Below, piece after piece: positions 25,858 to 31,329 of a stretch of DNA of 31,329 nt. The notes beneath the pieces were generated by a model. It saw only the letters and a program-made list of their open reading frames with translations. It was not told where the DNA came from and searched no databases. The DNA comes from Bugula neritina (lineage: Eukaryota > Animalia > Bryozoa), in NCBI GenBank assembly GCA_964035545.1, contig CAXIUT010000274.1, forward strand, positions 1-31,329, read 5' to 3'. The translations under genes were made by a program, and so were the position numbers. Each line of letters begins with the position of its first letter. The first letter of the stretch is position 1.

Positions 25858-26530
25858 CATTTTCAATCTTTAACAAGCAAATTCATTCTCCCCTAACGAT
25901 GACTACTTCCTTGACCTCGACTTCTTCTAGAAAGAAGAATCAACTCATCCAGCCAAAGAAGACCCTCCCAACCTCCAAAGGACCCTCACTGATCAATTCA
26001 ATGAGGAACCCTATGTTGAACCCTTCATGGCTTTTCCCCTTCCTCCCCAACCAGAATAAGAATTAGAAGACAACCCATTCAACAGATAAGAAATCAACCT
26101 CTTTCCTGAAGAACCTTCTCTATTCAGAGATTAAATTTCAAGCATTCCTTCAGTGAGCAAAGAGGAAGACAAAAAAGCTCCAGCCAAGAGCATAGCAACC
26201 AAAAATGTATGCTTCAACATCTGTCAAAAAACCATCAAAGTGATTCAAAAACAAACCTACTCAAAAAAACTTAATGACATTTGTGACTTCTACGGAGCCA
26301 ATGAAGAAGAATTCATTGACCATATCATCCACATAAAGAAAGAATTCACTGGTCCAAAAGCTCTTGCTAAATACGTATAAAGCGGAGCTATCTTTTCTCA
26401 AGTTTTCAGAGAGTTCATGAGATGGTTTCTAAAAGAGAAATATCTAAGACATTGTCTGCTTGGTGACATGAAGGACAAAGAGGCCTACATCAAATACAAA
26501 AACGAAGTGGTCCTTGTCATCCTTGAATGA
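25835..26530 (+). CDS. Ciliate-type hypothetical protein with acidic/aromatic Pro-rich N-terminus and basic helical C-terminus (possible transcription regulator), 231 aa
   Basis: 232-codon frame; C-terminus TKNVCFNICQKTIK...VFREFMRWFLKEKYLRHCLLGDMKDKEAYIKYKN. The function is inferred from composition only. Confidence 0.8.
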
Positions 26531-26577
26531 TCATAAATTATATTTAATTCTTATGCCTCAATATTGAACATTATTAA

Positions 26578-29500
26578 TCATTTTTGATAGTTGATAATGA
26601 TCAACTCAGACTTCAACTCTTGCATGATCGTATTCCACACATAATTGCCCATTTCAACCAATACTTCTGTTTCCTAATCATCATAGAAAAGCCATCTTTC
26701 TTAGGATTAAACTAACTAAGAATATTATATTATTTACTTCGTTTGCAAGCATTCGAGATAGCCTATCTTCTCGAATTTGCTCGATATAGGAGTCAGAAAT
26801 CTTAGCTGAACCAACCAAACTTTACTATTTATCAGCTAAAAGACCACAAACATAAGAACATTGCTCAGCTACTTTATCAACACTTTTCTTCAACTTTTAT
26901 TCAAGTTGATTTTCAGTCAAAGTTCTTGAAAAAGATGCACACTGCTTCCAAGGAAAAGGAGCTCCCCAAATACCATAAGGTCTTTCATGATCTAAAAATT
27001 CATTCATTGAATCAAAAAGAGCTCGATTGTGAATATGCAAAATAGTTTTAAGAAAGCCAACTCTTGCTTATTATTTATCAGCATCATCATAATATTGTTA
27101 GAATTAGAGAGTGGGAAGCAAACTTTGCTGGAACTTTTAAAATGCAGTCACTGGTACTATAAAAGTTGGAGCCTATTCTTCCTATTACTTGATTTAATAA
27201 TCCCCTTCATGCATATACCTCAACATTTATAAAGCACTTGGACCCATTGGATTACTCAAATTATTTAAAGCTGTTTTATGTGTACCTATATTATAAATAA
27301 ATTACGAAGCAAAAAGCTCATAAATCTTTTCAAATATTCTTTAATAACATTCAAATTAGTCTTAACTCCTTTCTTCTTTTTAGCCTGATTCTGTGCCCGA
27401 GTAACAAAACCATTTATTGATTTCATGATCTTGTTTTAAGAACATGGTTATTGATATAGTTCAATACATAAATCTAAGAAGATAAATTAGAAGATATCTT
27501 CCTTATCTTCAGCACAACAGTATTTTAGTTTTGTATCGAGATTATTAAAATCTTTATTGCTTCCAATTTATTTATTAATTATAGCAATTTATTCATCAGA
27601 ATATCCTTCTTCTTCCAAATCTCTTTATACCTCTTCATAACTAATATTATCACTTGAATCTTCACCACCGAAGTGCTAATGCTTCATCTTTAGCAATCTT
27701 TATTTAATAGCTTACATTTCTTAAGACCTTTGAAGAGATAATTCTTGACTACCTCCAAGAACTTCACTCATAGGTGATGGATGGATGTTCTACTCACTGT
27801 TTACATCTTATTAAAATTCATCGTCATAACCTTAAATATCTTCTCCTGATTTATTTGATCTTTATTTCCTTGATGGCTGTGAAATAGAAGGCTAAATACT
27901 TTCTTCTTAACTTTAACTTTAATTTTAGTTGCTTTATTGTTATTTCTTTGGAATTAAAGATTCTGCTTAAGTTGCTGCAGGTTTTCTCAAATAGGTTTAA
28001 CTCAAACACTTCATCATTTTTCCAGCTGCACTTTGCTATTAATACTTTCTAGAATGAATATTCTTATCTAAAATTCCTCTTGCTTATCGATATCCCTGCC
28101 AAATACTTTTCTTTACTTTAGATATTTCTTAAAGTTCCTTTTTAATCCATTTCAATATCCTCTATTTTTACTTTTAATACTACTTCGATGATAACTGATT
28201 AGACTATCTCTTCATCTCCAAAAATCCCAACTATTTTTATTTCTTATTTAACAAATTTTACTTCCTCTGCTTCAATGCAGTCGATATAGTTTCCAAATTC
28301 AACAGTTTAATATCTTAATTATCTTCAGTAGTATATTCTTATCTAAAAGAAGCAACATCTTAATCCTATTTTTCTTATTATTTGGCCAGAGATTCATGGT
28401 AGTACTCCTTATACAACTATTTTTATTTGTTAGAACTGTATTTACCAGTAAACTACTCATCTATTTCTTTGCTTTTACTATTTTGAACAGTTGCATCTGG
28501 AATCAAATCCCTCTGAAGATCATTTTTACTTCTCTACAAAAATGAATAAACCTAGTTCAAAACAGTCTGAGTATCAGCCTACTCACTTTTCATATTTTTC
28601 TTTATAAATTCAAGAAGATATCCCCACTTTTATATCTCCTGCTTTTTCAATTATTGTAACTTTATTCTTTCAAGTTGACTACTCAAACCTCCCCTTTCTA
28701 TTTATGATGACATAAATGGTCTCATCTTATCAACAGATATATTTGACTAAGACTATTTATTCGTATTCTAATTTTATTGAATAAATTTATTAGATACTGG
28801 CTATTATCTTTATTTCAATTTATTTTTCAATTAAGATTCAAACAAATTTTCCATTTCTTTTGATAAAACATCTCTGATGTTCTTTCTTTTTTATCTGTTT
28901 TCATTTTAAACTTCGCTTGGAAAACTTATATTCAATTCTTGTTATATCTACTCGACACCATCTCTCTTTTAAGACTGTTCACTAGCAGCCATCAACTGAA
29001 TATAAGTCTAAATCAACTGAGTTGTATCCTCTAGAACTTCAATATTGACAGCTTACTTCCTAGGCTACCCTCTTCTAGCTTTCTTTTAATAGAAGGCTAT
29101 TTCCTCAAGAAAATCAATTGAATGATCAGTCTGGATATGAATTCTTTCTCTCTTCTTTGAATAGTATGGGATTTAAGATTCTTCTATCTCGCTTCTAAGA
29201 ATCGAAGCAGTCATAGATTTTAAACTATTCAATTTGTCAACAATGACATTTTGTTGAGAAGAATCTCCTCGAATTTATTTATCTGATCTTGAAGTCAAGT
29301 TTTTCTTCTTAAGTTTTTTACGACTAGTAGAACTACTCATACTTTGTGGCACTTGTAATTGATATGGTGATTTGCCCTTACTGAAAGAAGTGCCCAATGA
29401 TCTTTTACTTAACTAACTATTCACTATCTTGTGAATTATATTCTTCAAACTATGATTGTAGTGACTCTTCTTATTACTTTTTACTTAAATAGCTGCAGAT

Positions 29501-29972
29501 TTACTTGCTCCCTCACATAAACTCTTCTTATACACTTCTCCTTAATATTTAGAATAACTTCTTTTTTTCTTAGTAGTCTAAACTTTCTTAAAAATCTGAG
29601 TCTGCATAAGTATTTTATGTTTATTTTTTTGACAAGTTTCAACATAACTAGGTCTACTTGTATTGATATCCATAGAATTTCTTTTAGACTTCCTTTTGTG
29701 TCGTATATCATCCATAGGTTGTAAATACTCAAGATCCTTATTGTATGTATTTCTGTCAGTATTAGAAGGATCAGGAGTTCGAGGGTATTGACAATTACAA
29801 ACAGTACTTTTAGGTTGGATATTATCAATATTGATTTTTTTATCTTTCACTCTAAATAATGAATCATATACTCTGGAGGCAATCCGTTACGACGACCATT
29901 GATATTAAACTAGATATTGATGTTTAAAGGATTATGTTAGTTAATCTGTTGATTGTACTTACTTTCACTCAT
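26578..29972 (-). CDS. Coiled-coil protein with C-terminal CEP350/DUF4378-like domain (probable basal-body protein), ~1110 aa
   Basis: C-terminus QIREDRLSRMLANELVESEERWLFYDDEETEVLVEMGNYVWNTIMQE resembles the CEP350 C-terminal W..YD.E motif. Introns at 29852-29871, 27286-27305 (20 nt) and 26716-26737 (22 nt) give a spliced length of 3333 nt. The central part was not read codon by codon. Confidence 0.8.
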
Positions 29973-30125
29973 GGCTGTTATATTATCATTATATCTCACT
30001 TTGTCAAATAACTCCAAATATTACACAAAATCACTTTGAATTTAAAAAACTAAAAAAATAACATGGAACAAAAAAGACAATAAGAAATAAAATTAAAGAA
30101 TGTTTTATGATATTGATATACAAGA

Positions 30126-31217
30126 TCAATGAAGAGCTTGCTGAAGATAACGACGATATGTTTGAGTTAATGGAGAACTATTACCTAGTTATTTGAAAAT
30201 TGAAAGCATTTCTTTGTTAGCTTTTTTATCTTACCAGTTTTTATTGGCTTTGATAATAGTCAAAAGGGTCTACAAACACTATTCTACCATCTAATTCTAT
30301 CGATAATACTGAGAAGCCTCATATTTTAAACTTAAATTATCTGGCTCTGCCTATAGTTTTTTCTTCCAAGTAACTACTTCGCTATTTTATTCTTTTTCTT
30401 TCTAAAAAATTTAACAGGTTCGACATAGATGCCCATATAACTATGCAAACTATGGTTTTTATATATAAAAGACCTAATTTTGTTTCAGTACCTCTACAAG
30501 AGCTTTCAGTTGAGCCATCTTTCCAGACTACGAATAAGAACAAGCAAGAAATATATCCCCCACTAACTTGTACTCCTGAGGCACCTTTGAGTATTTTATG
30601 CCTACTAGCACCTTCTAAGCACCTTAATAGTCTTTATCATTGAGTAATATTTTTGCTTGTTATAAAGCTTGACCCACCTACTCTCGTTCTTTATCTCCTT
30701 GCGAAGCTTTTCCTGCGCTTTAAAGAAATTTATCAAGGTTTTAATTTGAGATTTACCCACTAAATGCATCTATTGCCTTTCCACCATAAACCATAAAAAC
30801 AGTTGGAACTGCTTTTATTTGAAAGGCTTGAGCTATTTTTCCAAACTTATCGATATTAATTTTTAAAAGTTTAAGTTTTCCTTGAGAATTTTTAACTTTT
30901 TGTTCAAGCATTGGTGTCAACTTTTTACAAGGAGCGCACCAATCAGCATAAAAATCGATTAATAGTGTTTATTTAGTGGTAGAAATGATCTCCTGCCAAT
31001 CTTAGTATCTTTCTAACTCCATTATTTATTCAATATTTTTTGCATAAAATTACTTGGCTTCTTGTTTTATTCGATTCAATTCCTCTTCAGTTGGTGTCTT
31101 CTTATGCTAGCTAAACGAGGCAAGATATGGTTTGAGCAAAGATGAAGTATTAATCCATTTTGTATTATTTTTGACGATATTGGGTAGCAATCTAGTGAAT
31201 CTTCTGATATTGAACAT
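30126..31217 (-). CDS. CnoX/YbbN-like thioredoxin-TPR chaperedoxin with mitochondrial-type presequence, 363 aa
   Basis: MFNIRRFTRLL... presequence; IDFYADWCAPCKKLTPMLE...FQIKAVPTV...IDAFSG; TPR tail EAEPDNLSLKY...LLTIIKANKNWEDKKA...LGNSSPLTQTYRRYLQQALH. Confidence 0.9.
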
Positions 31218-31242
31218 CACAATTAAATAAATATAAAGAAAA

Positions 31243-31329
31243 GGGGTTGGGGTTGGGGTTGGGGTTGGGGTTGGGGTTGGGGTTGGGGTTGGGGTTGGGG
31301 TTGGGGTTGGGGTTGGGGTTGGGGTTGGG
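31243..31329. repeat. Right telomere, (GGGGTT)n
   Basis: Perfect G4T2 repeat to the end of the window, inverted relative to the left telomere. Confidence 0.99.

Noticed and set aside
30063-30110. Short + strand ORF (MEQKRQEEIKLKNVL, ending TGA-T)
   Set aside because: Only 15 codons, antisense to the spacer between two minus-strand genes, with no supporting motif.
3408-30643. The supplied six-frame ORFs (60-118 aa)
   Set aside because: They were computed with TAA/TAG as stops. Most are antisense or off-frame shadows; only a few (17020-17298, 17848-18096, 26153-26380, 29578-29850) are fragments of real genes.
293-31217. Reading the many in-frame TAA/TAG as pseudogene stops, or as Gln (table 6)
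   Set aside because: They fall at conserved Glu positions, frames stay open for up to about 1300 codons, and frameshifts are all explained by GTA...AG introns.

Overview
A complete, telomere-to-telomere ciliate macronuclear chromosome of 31.3 kb, with (CCCCAA)n at the left end and (TTGGGG)n at the right. The supplied ORF track uses the wrong genetic code. Here TAA and TAG both encode glutamate (the peritrich-type code, NCBI table 30) and TGA is the only stop. Retranslating by hand gives 18 tightly packed protein genes: a Myb/SHAQKY-like factor, a METTL24/FkbM-like methyltransferase, mevalonate diphosphate decarboxylase, dCTP pyrophosphatase, SPAG17/PF6, a coiled-coil plus jacalin-like protein, a RING-H2 protein, two cNMP-binding-domain proteins, PIKfyve/Fab1, a MESH1-like HD hydrolase, a TLDc protein, a CEP350/DUF4378-like protein, a mitochondrial CnoX-like thioredoxin-TPR protein and four hypotheticals. 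They are interrupted by 20-22 nt GTA...AG introns (13 required by frame, 4 in-frame candidates). All 18 predicted stops read TGA-T, whereas a uORF cluster before one gene ends only in TGA-A or TGA-C, including an in-frame TGA-CTA. All product calls come from motifs recognised by eye; no database search was run.
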